From Zygnema circumcarinatum SAG 698-1b (lineage: Eukaryota > Plantae > Zygnematophyceae): a stretch of 64,000 nt of DNA. The stretch's first letter is position 1. Every line of letters begins with the position of its first letter. The position numbers and the translations under genes are program-made. Shown here piece by piece: positions 43,432 through 56,800 of this stretch. Under the pieces are notes generated by a model that saw only the letters and a program-made list of their open reading frames with translations, ran no database searches and was not told where the DNA came from. Location of the stretch: positions 1,240,001 through 1,304,000 of the forward strand of contig CM074814.1 in NCBI GenBank assembly GCA_037447605.1, given 5' to 3'.

Positions 43432-46400
43432 ATGGAACTTTGGGACCGGGGCCTCTTAATGGGAGAAGCGAAGCAGCTGGAGGCATGCAGGGGAGGGAGG
43501 GAGGGAGGGAGAGGGAGAGGGGCAGGGAGGGGGAGTGCGTCGTCCATGGTGCCTGAGGGAGGCGCGCTGCGGGGCGGGCGCTTCATTCCGCTGAGCCGGG
43601 GAGCGCGGCGCGTGATGCAGGACTACGATGACCTGCACGTGCGGCCTGCAGACGTGTCGCGGGAGGGGAGGGAGCCGCCGCCGGAGGCCATGCTGCAGGC
43701 GCACTACGAGGCGCTGGCGGCGAGGGACAGGGACATAAAGGATCACTTGGAGAGGATGCAGGAGAGGGGTGAGAGGAGGGCGGCGCAAGCGCAGCAGGGA
43801 GGCAGCGCTCAGAGCAGCGGGGTCTCGCAGGCGATGCTGCAGCGCATTGCGGAGCTGGAGGACAGCCACGAGGTGCTGCGCAGGCAGATGGTGGAGCTTG
43901 TGGCGGTGAAGGAGAAGCTGGAGTATCAGATCAAGGAGAGGGATGTCGCTTCAGGAACGGGAAGCCCCAGGGCTGAAGGGGAACGGCGAGGGAAGGTGAG
44001 AGGAGAGTGCAGATGTTAAGGTTTCCTGCAGCTGAATCCTGAAAGGCGGTTTGGAGGATGTTTTTTCTTAGCAGGAGGGAGTTTAGAAGCTATGGCTGCA
44101 GGCTGCTTTGACATGTACGGCTTGGCAGAATTCTGGCACGAGCGGTCCATTGAGTGCTTGGAACTTGAGCGTGCGGTCTACTGCTGGCACGTTATGCTTG
44201 AGTTCAGGGGATCTCAAATTGGTGTTAGTTATGGTTTTTTTCTTTGTTTTTGTTTTGAATGATGAACTTCTCGAGAGCTTCTGCGGGGAGCTGGAGTTGA
44301 GTTTCTTTGAAGACTGCAGTGAAAGTGTCGCCTGCCTGAGAACGTGGTCTTGCTGCTTCCCATATTGACAAGATTCTTCCAAGCGACGAGTGCTTGAAAC
44401 TGAGTGATCAAGAGCTGCTGGTCACCGTAAACTACCAATTGAGGCCGCTTTTCACGCTCTGACATGTTGCGTGCAGTGCAAGGAACCCAGTTAGAACTGC
44501 TTATTGTATCATCAAAGCATTACGCATGGAGAGACCTCACGAGTGGCCGTAGAGAAAGCGGGAGGGGGGGAGCTGGGAGACGAGGGGGAGGTTATAGGCT
44601 GATGGGTAGTAGTCTATTTTCGAGTTCACAAACAAGTTGACTTGCCTACAGCTGTCTCAAATAAGCACTCGAGCTTGACTTGACCTGACGTTCCACACCT
44701 TGGCAGCTTGAAATGTTTTCTCTAACTAAGTCCTGTGTGAAACATACCACAATTTAGCCAAGTTCAGCAGCTTACATTGAGACGCTTGCCACTTCTATCT
44801 CTGCAGGACCGCCCTATGCGACCTCTGTCTGATCAGGAAGAGGCTGTTCGTGCTGTTGGGCTCCACTTCCTTCCCCCCCACAGAGAGTCGGATGCAGAGA
44901 GGAGGTCTTCACTCGACTACACAGAGATGCTTCAATCACTCGCGCAGGCTGTGTACTGCTTTCGATTAGACGGCGAAATCACTTACTGGTCAGAGCTCTG
45001 ATTCCTCTTCCCTTTTTGAATCAAACCTGGCTAGGGTCTGATTTCGAAGTCCACTCTTTAAACTCCTCTCCCTCTCTCTCTCTCTCTCTCTCGCCCTCCC
45101 TCTTCCCCCCCCCCTCTTCTTCCCTCTCTCTTTCCCCCCCCCCGCCCCCACTCTCTCCACTGCATTCTGAATCACGCTTGCGAGTGAACCGTGTCGCGAG
45201 TAATACCTGCAGGAATCATACGGCGGAGCAACTTTTTGGCTGGACGGCAGAGGAGGCAGTAGGGAGCAACATCATCGAATTACTATGTACGGAGAGCACC
45301 TATGAAGTAGCCGGTCAGATTATGTCGCGACTGCAAGTAGGGCAGTCATGGACCGGTCATTTTCCTCTCAGAAAAAGAAGCGGTGAAGTTTTCACAGCCA
45401 TGATAACCAACACTCCGCTTGTCGACACCTTCGGAAATCTTTCGGCAATCATTGGAGTTTCCAGCGACTCAAGGCCCTTCAAGGACCAGTTTCACCACAT
45501 GTTAAGTTCAAGCAGGGGGGATTCAGGGAATCTTTCCGACAGTGTTTCAGAAGCTGCAGACACTGCGAGCTCTGAGGGAGGGCGTTCCCGTGGGGATTGG
45601 CAGCAGCCATGGCAGTTTCCCTTCGCATCAGCAATCAGTAATCTTGTAAGCCATTATCGTCCCTCTTTTCCGAAGGTATTATGCATACATGTGGTACAAA
45701 AGGTCACATATGAATGTGACATTTTGCGTGGCCTGCGGAATGTTTTGCTGTCCAGGCTGGCAAGATGATGCAGAAACTAGGAGTTTCCAGCTCGGCGTCA
45801 TCTCCAATTGAACAAGAAGGAGGGAGTGGGGGTAGCAGCCATAGTCAGATGTCTACCACCTCTGAAATGTTGGATGAACTGCAGTACTCCTCAGACCATG
45901 GCCTCCGCTCTCCTTCAAAGCGTTCTGGTCTTGGCAGTGGAGGGCCCTCTCCCAACCTCTCTAATAGCAGCAAACATGGCAGCCCTCCCGCCTCTATTGC
46001 CTTGGCGGTGGGCAAGGCTTCTGAGGTCCCTGGGGTTCCTGGAGTATTTACTCAAGTAGAAATGCCTAGACAGGGTGCGTTAAATATGCTTTCGTCCTCT
46101 ACAGCGAGACCTACGCCTGTAGATAATGTCAGGGGCTATACTATTCTGTCAGGCTCATCAGAATCAACGTACTCTTCGAAAGCTATAGGCTCTCTTTCGA
46201 GTTCAGGTAGCTCTCTTTCTGCATCAGGAAGCAAAGATAGTTTTTTAGGGCTTCACAGGAGGGATTTGATGTCTCAAGGAGGGAGTCTACTTCAGTCAGA
46301 GGGCAGTCTGAGAATGCAGCGGAGAGATCCCTGGGCTGTAGAGGAGGAAGCGAATGTGAATGAGGAGAGTACTTCAGGAGGTAGGCCTAGAGGAGGGAGT

Positions 46401-49400
46401 GACTTTCCCGAGTCTCCTCTGGTAAGGACTGAAGTGATTGTAGAACAATTCCAGAGGGAACCATTAGATGAGTTTAAAGCAGGGAAGGCGGAGGCAGAAG
46501 AACAGAGAGAGGAAGGGCCAGTAGAGCGTCTTGTAGCGACTACAAGCACTGCCAGCAGTGCAGACACTACAGCGAGTGAGATAGGGAGGGAGGAGCAGGT
46601 AATGAGCTCTATCAGCTCCGAATGGGAGATTCCGTGGGACGAGTTGGAACTTGGGGTGCAGATCGGACAAGGTATGCATATTCTTGTGAAGAAGGCTCAA
46701 GTTGCTTACTCAAACTCTGCTTTTTGAATTCGTTTTAGGACTTCAACAAGCACTGAATGCAGTGGCTGTTTTTCTGTGCAGGTTCGTGTGGGACAGTTTT
46801 CAAGGGATCCTGGAATGGCTCGGTAAGAACCGAATTAAGAATTTGTTTACAATAATAGGGGCTATCAATGCTGTCACTTTTCTGAACAAATGAAGGCAGT
46901 GTTTTTATTGCAGTTTTGGATGGTTGGTTCTTGACTTCAGCCATTAATAACAGTGGCATCTGCTGCACTGCAGGACGTTGCTGTGAAGGTGTTTTCCGAG
47001 TCGGACTATACGGCAGAGTTGTTCGCAGACTTTGAAAAAGAGGTGAAGTGTTTATAGTTACCACTCGCTTCCTTAGTCACTGCTCGTACGATGGGTTGAA
47101 ACCGGAATATGACAACTTATTTTTCTTCATCCCAGTTTCAAAGCTGTTCATGAACTGTGACTGGAGATTAGATTTCCATGTTTTGTCGTTCCTTTCTCCA
47201 CTCATCATCTCTGTTCTCCTGTGGCCAATTTCGACAGATCATGATCATGCAGAGGCTCAGGCATCCGAACGTGCTCCTCTTCATGGGGGCTGTACGGACT
47301 GAGAAGCATCTCTGCATTGTTACTGAATTTCTGCCAAGGTGAGTTCATTTTTCACATTAAGACAAGGTCTTGTTTATGTGGGGATGTTAATCAAGTTCCG
47401 AACAACTGTTTTTCAAGAGTAGGTGGGACTAGTGTGCCAGCTTGAACATTGGCAATCTGCATCGTTGTCCATCCTTAGCGATTTGCTTCTTTTGCTTATG
47501 TAGTGGATTGCTATGCTGTCTGCAGGGGGAGCTTGTTCCGCCTCCTTCACCGAAACACACCCGGGATGACATGGCCAAGGAGGTTGCGGATGGCCCTAGA
47601 CATTGTGAGTCCCTGCCACCGAGCACGCAGAGAGAGAGAGTGAGAGAGGGAGAGGGAGAGAAGGGGGGGGGGGTGGGGAAGAGAGATACTTTAGACATTG
47701 GTCCTTGATTCATGCGTCCTATAGCCCTGAAAGGGCAGGTAGGCGCTGGGGGAGACCTCAATCTTCAGAATCTGAATGAGCCTCCCACCCTTTGTCCTTC
47801 GAAGCCCTCCCTCTACTATTATCTCTCACTAATTTCCTCCCTCCCACTCTTCCTCCCACCCTCCTCTCTCCTTCTCTTGCAGGCTCGAGGCACGAACTAT
47901 CTGCACCGCAGCAACCCCCCCGTGGTTCACAGAGACCTCAAGTCCTCCAACTTGCTGGTAGATCGGAACTGGACTGTCAAGGTCAGAACAGCTAAAATGC
48001 AAAATCTGGGAATCTCTATGTCTCTATGTTATGTTATGTTATGTTATGTTTATGTTTATGTTATCTCTATGTTACCGTAATCTTGGCAATGACACATCCT
48101 CATTGGAATACAATTGAACAATGATCTGCATACGTTTGATCTGCTTATCTTTCATAAAGTGTAGCCTGAGTCCCCTATAAGCTCTGTAAAGTTGGTACTC
48201 GTCCGAAATCTCTATGGCTTGTTTTGACCAGTAGAACTGCATAACCGCCCAGTTATGAAACCTTTTGCTCTGTTTCTCTTCATACCACATGGTGTGATAG
48301 CGGGCCACTGCATTGGAACAGCCTGTTTTTGGAGCTGCTGGTTGAAAGGGAGGCAAAAATGGTCTGCAGGTTGGAGATTTCGGGCTGTCCAAAATGAAGC
48401 ATGCGACTTTTTTGAGTGCTCGGTCAGGGAGGGGAACGGTAAAGACACTTTGTCCTTCATAATTTTTTTGTTGTGAGCAGTGCAGGAAAGCTCGCAGATG
48501 CAGATTAGCTATTTTCATGAAGCCTACTTTCCTGAAAGAAATGCGCTTTGTTACAGTCATCAGGTAAATAAAGCTGACAATTTGGGGGACAATTTTTTTC
48601 TTACATTTTTTTTTTTTCCCGTTCTGCAGCCTCAATGGATGGCGCCGGAAGTGCTTCGAAACGAGCCTTCAAATGAAAAGTGAGTGCTCGTATTCAAAAC
48701 CTTCTCACTCGACTTATGAGCCCCTGCATCTGTTATTGCAACCCGTTTGTTCCTTTCCTTTGTTCCATGTTTCTCGTTTCCTACTTTGGTTTGTTTCCTC
48801 CACTGCTCCTCTGAACCTCTACCTCTGAGAATGGTGGGCTTCACAGAGCTGACGTGTACAGCTTCGCCGTCATCTTGTGGGAGCTCGCAACACAGGAAGT
48901 CCCTTGGAACGGACTCAACCCCATGCAGGTGAGGTTAGGGGCACAACAAAAACCGCAAGGTGGAGGAGGAGCAAAGGGCATGCACAAGTTGCCCACACGC
49001 ATTGTCCAAAGCCATACAGAGTCTTTCTTTTTGGGTACATTCAGTGATAGAATCAAGACAAGGAACTGTCCCCCAATCCACATTATTATGTCATGGGGTT
49101 CGTAGACAATGCAGCCTAGACCTGAGTGCGCCCCAAGAGGGGGTTTTTTTTTTTTCCTTGTTTTTCTTTCCGTTGTTGCTCCTAATGAGAGGCAGGGTAA
49201 CAATGCAGGTTGTGGGAGCGGTAGGGTTCATGGATCGGAGACTGCCACTTCCAGAAAGTCTTGACCCTGCAGTGGCGAACCTGATCACCGATTGTTGGAA
49301 AAAGTGAGACAACAGAGTTCATCTTTCCTTTTTACCTGTTGTGATGATTGTCTTTCTGAGAGGGTGACTCAAGCAATGCTGCCTAATTTCCTCTCCTTCT

Positions 49401-49636
49401 TTCAGCCCTCCTTCCTATTTCTTTTACTTTCCCTTTCCTTTGTTTTCTTTCCGTTTCTTTCCTTACCTTTTGGAACATTCTTAATGTTAAGATGCCTACT
49501 GACCTTGCATTCATATGTTTTATGTTACGACAGTGAGCCTCATGAGCGCCCCTCCTTCGAGCAGATTGTTCGGCGGCTGAAGGATATGCAGATCCCTCTC
49601 TCAAGTGCAGGCGCCAATAAGTCCTCGGACAAGTGA
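43432..49636 (+). CDS. PAS-domain Raf-like MAPKKK (group B2, RAF7/10/11/12-like Ser/Thr kinase); ~13 exons
   Basis: Coiled-coil N-terminus ([20 protein letters not shown]) and PAS domain ([39 protein letters not shown]...[15 protein letters not shown]). Kinase exons: [136 protein letters not shown], stop TGA 49634-49636. Start codon uncertain (in-frame ATGs at 43432, 43546, 43615). Confidence 0.92.
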
Positions 49637-50832
49637 GGGTTTTGAAGAGGGCAACTTTCCTCAAAGTGGAGTAAGAGGTCCTTTGTTACATGGGAACTTG
49701 CTACCTGCAACGCTCCAATTGGTTCAGAGTTCGGAATCTTGGTATTTTCTTTTTTGTCACGGTTGGCTTTCGCTTAATTCTCACAGCAGCCAGGCTGTGT
49801 TTCAAATTCCTGTTCGAGGAGCTTGCTGTTTTTTATGTATACTTTGGAGAAATTAACTGTGGAGAATGTAGATGGCGAGTCTCTAGGTCCAAAGCATATA
49901 CGGTAGATACAGCAATTAAGTATCGTAGGCTAGTGAATAGGAAGGGTTAGAGTAGCGGTAGGTTGTACAAGGGACCTCTTGTTTGAAAGCGATAGGAGAG
50001 TAGCTTCAAAGGGTGAAGCAGGGAAAGTGAGAGACAGAGAGATGGAGCGGGGGAGGCGAGCGAGCACTGAGGCTGTTGACAAATGCATTTCCAATATGGA
50101 AGGCATTTCCATGTGAGAAACAAACTGGCACATTATTGTTAGGTTTAACGGTGTCGGCAGAGAGATTAAAAGTCCTTTCGGGGGCTTTTGTATAGGTGTT
50201 TGGTACATAGGATGCATGCAGCCGGGCAGCTTTTTTGTCAATGGCTGGACTAAAAACTCGTTCAACTGTAGTCGCTCACATTGCATTTATTCAATTTCAT
50301 GCTTCTCCTCTCTTCCCTCTTATGCTTTCTTTGTGCTTCTCGCCACTCAAAGCCAGGGCGCCCTCAATAGATTCCGATCCAAAAGTTGGCTCCGACGACG
50401 CAAAACATGGCTCCGTTGGAAACATGCTGGACAAGCAATGCAGAGTTCTGCAGCTCCGAAGCGGAAACATCCACAGCTCACATAATGTCGAGCTGCCGCA
50501 TGGGTCTCTGCTTCATGTACTGATTGATGTTGCACAGAACACTCTCTCGCGGCTTAGAACCAAAACTACATCGCCTCGTTCAGACGCATGTTCAAAACTT
50601 TAGAACGCACAACTCATTGGGGGGGGAATACAGCAGCCGCCAACACGGCTCCATTGCTGTTGGCTGCATCGAATCATTAGTGCTATATGGGTTGCAACTC
50701 ACTCCTGCCCTGGCACACAACCCAACTCTACAAAACCACTCACAAAAAGCATCTGTCATTTTCTTCTCTCATTGTGACAGAACTCATTTTTCTTGTGGAA
50801 GCCAAAAAAAAAAAAATTCCAAACTGTGGTGG

Positions 50833-53800
50833 TCACGCAAGCACAGGAGAAAGGGTAGTTCTAGGAAGCTTTCGATGCATGAGAATGCCACAGTAGGGGC
50901 AGCTCGGCTTCCTTTTAGGCTCTTGCCGACGAGTGGGCGACCCGGATGGTCCATGGAGGATGCTGTGCCGAGTGGCGGACGAATGGAAGCTGAATGGTAG
51001 TGTTGGTTCACATGCTCTCCGCTGGCAGCAGGCACAGCACCACAGAAGGGGAGAAGGACAGATCTTCATAGTGAACACGCAGCGAGGTAGCTTGTGCTGA
51101 ACCCTCCCCCTGCATCGACCCCAGTCTGCATTTTCCAAAGCCACGGCTGCTCCACACAGACTGCATTGTTCCCTTACTGTGGAAACTCCAATTTCAGGGG
51201 GCCTGCAGTTGGAGGACAGCAGCATATTAATCTCCTCTGCGCGTCAATCGAATGCTTTCGAAGTGAAACAGGCAGGAAGGTAAAGCTACAAGCAAAGCTA
51301 ACATACAGCACGATGCACTCGAATGCCTGTGTTATAGCCCTCCAACAACTGATATACTACTTCTCAGCTACTAAGAGAAATTTTGAAGACCTCACCTTTC
51401 CCGAAGCCGCTCATATGTCCGCAAAGCGCACTCATGGAGCTCAGGCCATACAGAGTTGGCAGACAACATCACCCAGTCAGCCTGCAGAAGCATGGTCTCA
51501 TCTCCCATAGTCCCAAATCTGTCTATCTGCTGTAAGAATGCCAAAATGAGCCTCTGCCGCAGCTCAAATTCTCCTTTCTCCAGAGCAGCTTGGAAACATT
51601 CCTGACTCTGCTCTTGCTCTTTCAGCATACTCGCATCCTCTTTCCCACTCCCTCTCTCTCTATTGGCTCCACGAGGACAGAAGAGGCCCACCCGACGAAT
51701 CAAAGTGTTGACCAGCTGCAGGATGACGCAAGTAACGCTCTCTAAACTAGAGGAGATGAACGAGCTCGTCACAGGTTTGCTTTGTGAGGACTTTATCAAG
51801 CTGTATGCTGACGACAGCCCTAAATTCTCAAAAACTGCCGACAACTCCCGATGGTTTCTTCCTCTAAATGCTTCCACAAGGTCCCATAAAACTAAAGAAC
51901 GTTGGCTGTTCGTCAGAATGCGAACCGCTCTGCAGCTGCTCTCATGTTCATTCAGTCCTTGCCCTGTCAACCACTGCAGGTGCAGCACTCCTCTGGAAAG
52001 TCTGCATTGACCTTAAAAGAGGCAGACAGACTTCAGTATCTTACATTCCCAAGTGTCCAGAAGATTTCAAGAGAAGCTTTTCTAACAGGTTAAGTTCTGC
52101 AGACACTTCGTTGTTACTTCTGTAACAGAACGATGAATTTGCGGGAAAATAACTGATTCTTTCACTTTTCTGCTTTCGCGAGAAAAACATAAAAGCCTTG
52201 CTCAAGTAATGCACACCTGGTGGGGTCCGAGCTATTCACAGACTCGCGAAATACCGAGTAGACCTGCCAGCAAGAAGCAGATATCTGGAGGGAGTCAAAT
52301 TTGTGACGAAAAATGACGTTCGGTTACAACCACTGTCAGCTCCAAGCAGGAATGGTAAGGTTGAGGGAGGGAGGGAGGGAGGGAGGGAGGGAGGGAGGNN
52401 NNNNNNNNGAAGGAGGGAGGGAGGGAGAGAAAGAGGGAGGGAGGGAGGGAAGGAGGGAGGGAGGGAGGGAGGGAAGGAGGGAGGGAGGGAGAGAAGGAGG
52501 GAGGGAAGGAGGGAGGGAGGGAGGGAAGGAGCGAGGGAGAGGGATGCTGGGTCACACACCTTCGCAAGCGCGAAACAGTTTGGGGAGAGCACGAGCCCCA
52601 TGCAGCGATCAGCTCCCGCTGCTGCAATCTGCCCCGCCATGGCTGTCAGAATGCGAACACAGGGCCAAGGCAGAAATTGAACCTGTGAACCGAGCTTTAC
52701 CAGACAGCAACATGACGCAAGAAAGCGGATATACATGGAGCTTCTCAGTTACCTGTGGGCATTCAGTCAGCTCCAACAGAGGAATGCGCTGTAATGTTCC
52801 GCGTTCCATGCGGAAGGAACAGATTTCGTTATCCTAGAACCCTCCAATAGAGAGCGATGTAGGGTGAACTAATGAAACAAGACAACAAACAGATGATCTT
52901 GAACCTTTACCATGCAATGCTGCATATTACACGTTAAAGCGAAACACCATGCTTTGAAAGGAAAAATAGCCCGGGTCTTAGTTGGAGAAAAAGTCAAAAA
53001 AGGACAACGCTTAACCAACGGATGTAATCCATTGTATGTATTGTATTAACAGATTACTTAAACATTACCGTCTCTGACTTTCTTCATAGAAGAAAGTTCT
53101 TCATAAAAGAAAGAGAGGGTCCTTAAAATTTTCACCTGAGCACATGTGTAAAGACAGTTAGAGAGAGGGCTCCAACAGGCTCCTGTCACAGCCTGCTTGT
53201 GTGCAGACTCGGGCAGTGCAAAAATTTCCGTGCTGCTGCCCGTGTCCGTACGAATCTCGGCCGCCAGAACTTGCCCCCCTGCTTTTCCCACTGCTGCAAG
53301 AAGCGCTCTACCGTCCAAATTTGTCGTTAGCGAGCAGCACGAGACGGGGGCTCCGTCTGCTCGGCATAACTGCAAAAAAAAAAAAACCCACCAAACATTC
53401 AAATGCACAGTAAAAGATAGGGAGTTTATCAGATCCGATATATCAGGAAGATTCATACATTTGAATGAATAAAAAACAAACAATGTGCAAAGACAAGGTT
53501 TGAAGTTTGCACCTCCTTCAACAGGGACACTCGTTCCGCTCTATGTCCGCATTCAGTGGTTAGAGGCACCACGAGACTCCATAAACGCACACTGCAGCCC
53601 GGCCGAACATGATAACAGCACCACTCTGAAAGAACGGAAGCATAAGACATCATGTCCACGTGAAATTTTTGATCCGTTCATCAAAAGTTTGGCTCAGTCT
53701 TTGCCGATGCTCACGAAGGAAAGCTTTACGTGTTTAAAAACAAACAACATGAAGATGTTGCGTCTTCTGTCATACAACACCAATGTTTCAAGAGAGGAGG

Positions 53801-56800
53801 AGGAGGAGGAGGGAGTTTCTATGGCCAAACTTCATCATATAGATTTGAACCTGTTTGGTCAAATCGTCATTTGGCGTTAGGGCCCAAACCCCACAAGGAT
53901 TCAACTTTAAGAGAAACAGTCTTCAGTTAGTCAACTTCACAAGGAAGTCGTGCTGTCCTTATAAACCCTAACCCACTTTCGTCCTTAGAAATCAAACAAA
54001 CTTTGAAGAAACCGGTCTTTTTTCTCTTCGATTTCACCATCTCATCATGTCCAGATTATCTCTATATTCTTGAGCTGTTTTCTGAACCCTCGATAAAGCA
54101 AATTCCCAGCCCCTTTAACCCACCTTCCGTCTGCAGATCCGGTGAGCAAAACAAGCCGTCCAAAGGCTCCCTTCTCCCCCTGCTGCTCTCCGCCAACTTG
54201 TGCCCAATCCAATGCTGTGACCCACCCTGAATGAGCCCTCCAAATTCCCCTCCAAAAAGGATGCACCTGCAAGGGCCGGCGATTCAAAGAAGGCTGCGCT
54301 GCTTTCAGCTTCCAAAGCGACACGTGTCCAGAACGGGCTCCCACTGCAAGATAGGCTCCCTCTCCCTCTCCCTCTCCCTCTCCCTCTCCCTCTCCCTCTC
54401 CCTCTCCCTCTTGGGAAGGACAAGGGGGAGACCAAGCGACTGCTAAGGCAGCATAAACATCATTTCGGGCTGACCAAGCAGCGGCCGGAATGGCAGGATA
54501 ACTGCAAGAATTGGGCTTTTTTTGGCCAATAGAGGCTAAGTTTTGAGCATCCGGAGTCCTATTCCCTGGTAGGGGAACTTCAGATTCGTCATGCAAGTCA
54601 GGTTTTGGCTCAAGAAGACCTGCTTCGCCCCAAGACTCGTGGGTCAATATTGAGGGGTTTTCGCTGCCGGAAAAGAGAACATTGGCGGACTCAGTCCATA
54701 GAGAGGGTTCGTCTGCTTCTTCCACAAAAGTCGAGAGCAGCTCCCTTTCTGGTAACATTCCTGTTGTTCTTCTATAGACTCCATCAGAAGCAAACTCTGC
54801 TCCTGCTACAGGGGAGTCTTCTCTCAAAATGAAAGCTTTTGCAGTTGATTGGGTTTCGCCTGTGGAGTGAACTGCACTCCCAGCAGTGGCCTCCCACCTC
54901 CTCTCCTGCTGCTTACTACTGGAAACAGGTGGGGAAGTAATCTTCCCCGAAACATAAGCACGAACTTTCCTTCGTAATAGGAGCAGAACTGCCTGCCAGA
55001 ATGGTACAGAAACATCGAAACGGATAAGAGCAACTGAACAATGAATTGAGAAGCTTCTTTCAAGATGACCCACCTTGAGAAAAGCAAGATATCTTACAGG
55101 AGGAGACCCATAACATACGAGAGCTGCATTCTTACCTTTGTGAAACCACTAGCAGCCTCCATGACCTCTCCTTGTGGCTGAGAAACTTCCGCGAAAGCCT
55201 CCTCCAAAGCAGTATTGTCAACTGCTTGGAGTCTCTCCCAGGGCCCTATTCATTTTCCAAGGAGAAAACCGAAGGAAATATAAAGAAAGGAAATGGAGAC
55301 TGGAGACAAACGAAACAGGTATAGCCTCTACAAAGCAGGCCACCCTAAAAACCCTAAAAACCCTAAAAACTGCGCATGGGTTTACCTCCGCGATAGATGG
55401 GGAGTAGCGCAAGAGGGATTTGCGCACGCTTCTTGACAAACAGATTGAAGGCCTCCTGCATGTTTCCAACACACAAAGTGCATCAAATTTCAAACATAGC
55501 AAGCAAGGGCCACAACAACACAGTCAAATCACACTCATTTTGACACAAAACGGACGGTTCTACTTACCTCTGCAAGGCCTGCAACAGATCCCTCTTCATA
55601 ATGATGAAGTCCGGGGTCTGTCCATTCTCTACGCCTTCTCTTCTTACTTGATGTGGGAGAAGGCTCATCATCTTCATGCTCTCCGCTATCAAACTGCGTC
55701 ACGGAAACCCTTCTTAGAGGGATTTCCTCATTGGTCTGGAAATGCTTTAGCTCCTGGTTAACCACTCTCTTCTCAGGTCTCCCTTCATTCGTGAGAGGGA
55801 TACCATCCCTGCAAGAACTTACCATGCATGCAAAACGAAGGTGTGAGAGGCAGTAGGTCGTCTTACAACTCATAGGGGGGTGGAAAGGGAGAAGATGGAT
55901 GGTGGAGGGAGTGGGGAGAGGGGCGGGAGAGGAAAGGGAAGGAGAGGGTGAGAGGGCGAGAGCACGCAGCAGTAGGGGAGAGAGAGGAAATGGAAGGAGA
56001 GAAGAGGATTCACCACAGTGATATCTCCAAAAAGGAGCTCTCTCACCTTGGAGATTCCTCAGAAGCTCCATTCTGTTCCCACCAATAGGCCCATGATTAT
56101 TTTGCCAGATTTCAACAAAAACATTGGACCGCCTCTGACGAGCACAGAGATATGATTAAAAGTGAAACTTTTACGAAGGGAGTTCATAAACAACCTAGGA
56201 AGGGCAGCTGGGGTGCATTTCGACCTCAGCTTATCGTGTGTGTGAGACGGACGGAGAGACGGAGAGATGAGGAGAGGGGGCAAGGAGGCCGGGAAAGGTG
56301 GGAGGAGGAAGGGAGGGAGGGAGGGAGAGCTCACGCTTGTCAAAGGCAACTCGTCAAGGAAGTTATAACCTGTCGACTCAAGTATGGCGTGGAGGCGTTC
56401 GGAGAGGTCATCAAGCTGCGGGCCACGACCCGCCGAGTGAGGCCTTGATCAGTGCAGGCAGGAAGGGGTTCAGGAACAAATTCATTCCACTCTTATAAAA
56501 AGCAGTACGGGCTTCTTCTGATTCTTCTGCTTGAGATTGACTGACAAGTTAGAAAGTAGGAAATGTGAGTGCTCCCACCTCCACCCACTCACTGCCAATT
56601 TCCACATAAGGAGCCCGATAGAGCTTCACTCGTGAGTCAGTTGTGCATACTGCCAACAAACATCTGTCTCGCACCCATCCAATCAAGAGAGTGAAAAGAA
56701 AAACCAAGACCTAGTTGCACAGAAGTGTCCTACACAGCGTAAGCAATAGCCACGGTTACTTCACAAGGGGCATACACGAACTTCTTCACTAAGTTCTTCG

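Noticed and set aside
47884-47905. Kinase subdomain VIa ARGTNYLH instead of the usual ARGMNYLH
   Set aside because: Non-catalytic position; [15 protein letters not shown] and APE are all intact.
48026-48063. (TATGT)n short array in a Raf intron
   Set aside because: Ordinary short microsatellite with no further structure.
15699-49636. Apparent stress cluster (PAP phosphatase, HIT4-like, B2 Raf)
   Set aside because: The genes are separated by housekeeping AP1S and a 20-kb TE island; co-location is compatible with chance.
50235-50603. 122-aa ORF between the convergent Raf and TFIIIC90-like genes
   Set aside because: No motif; the region is best explained by two 3' UTRs.
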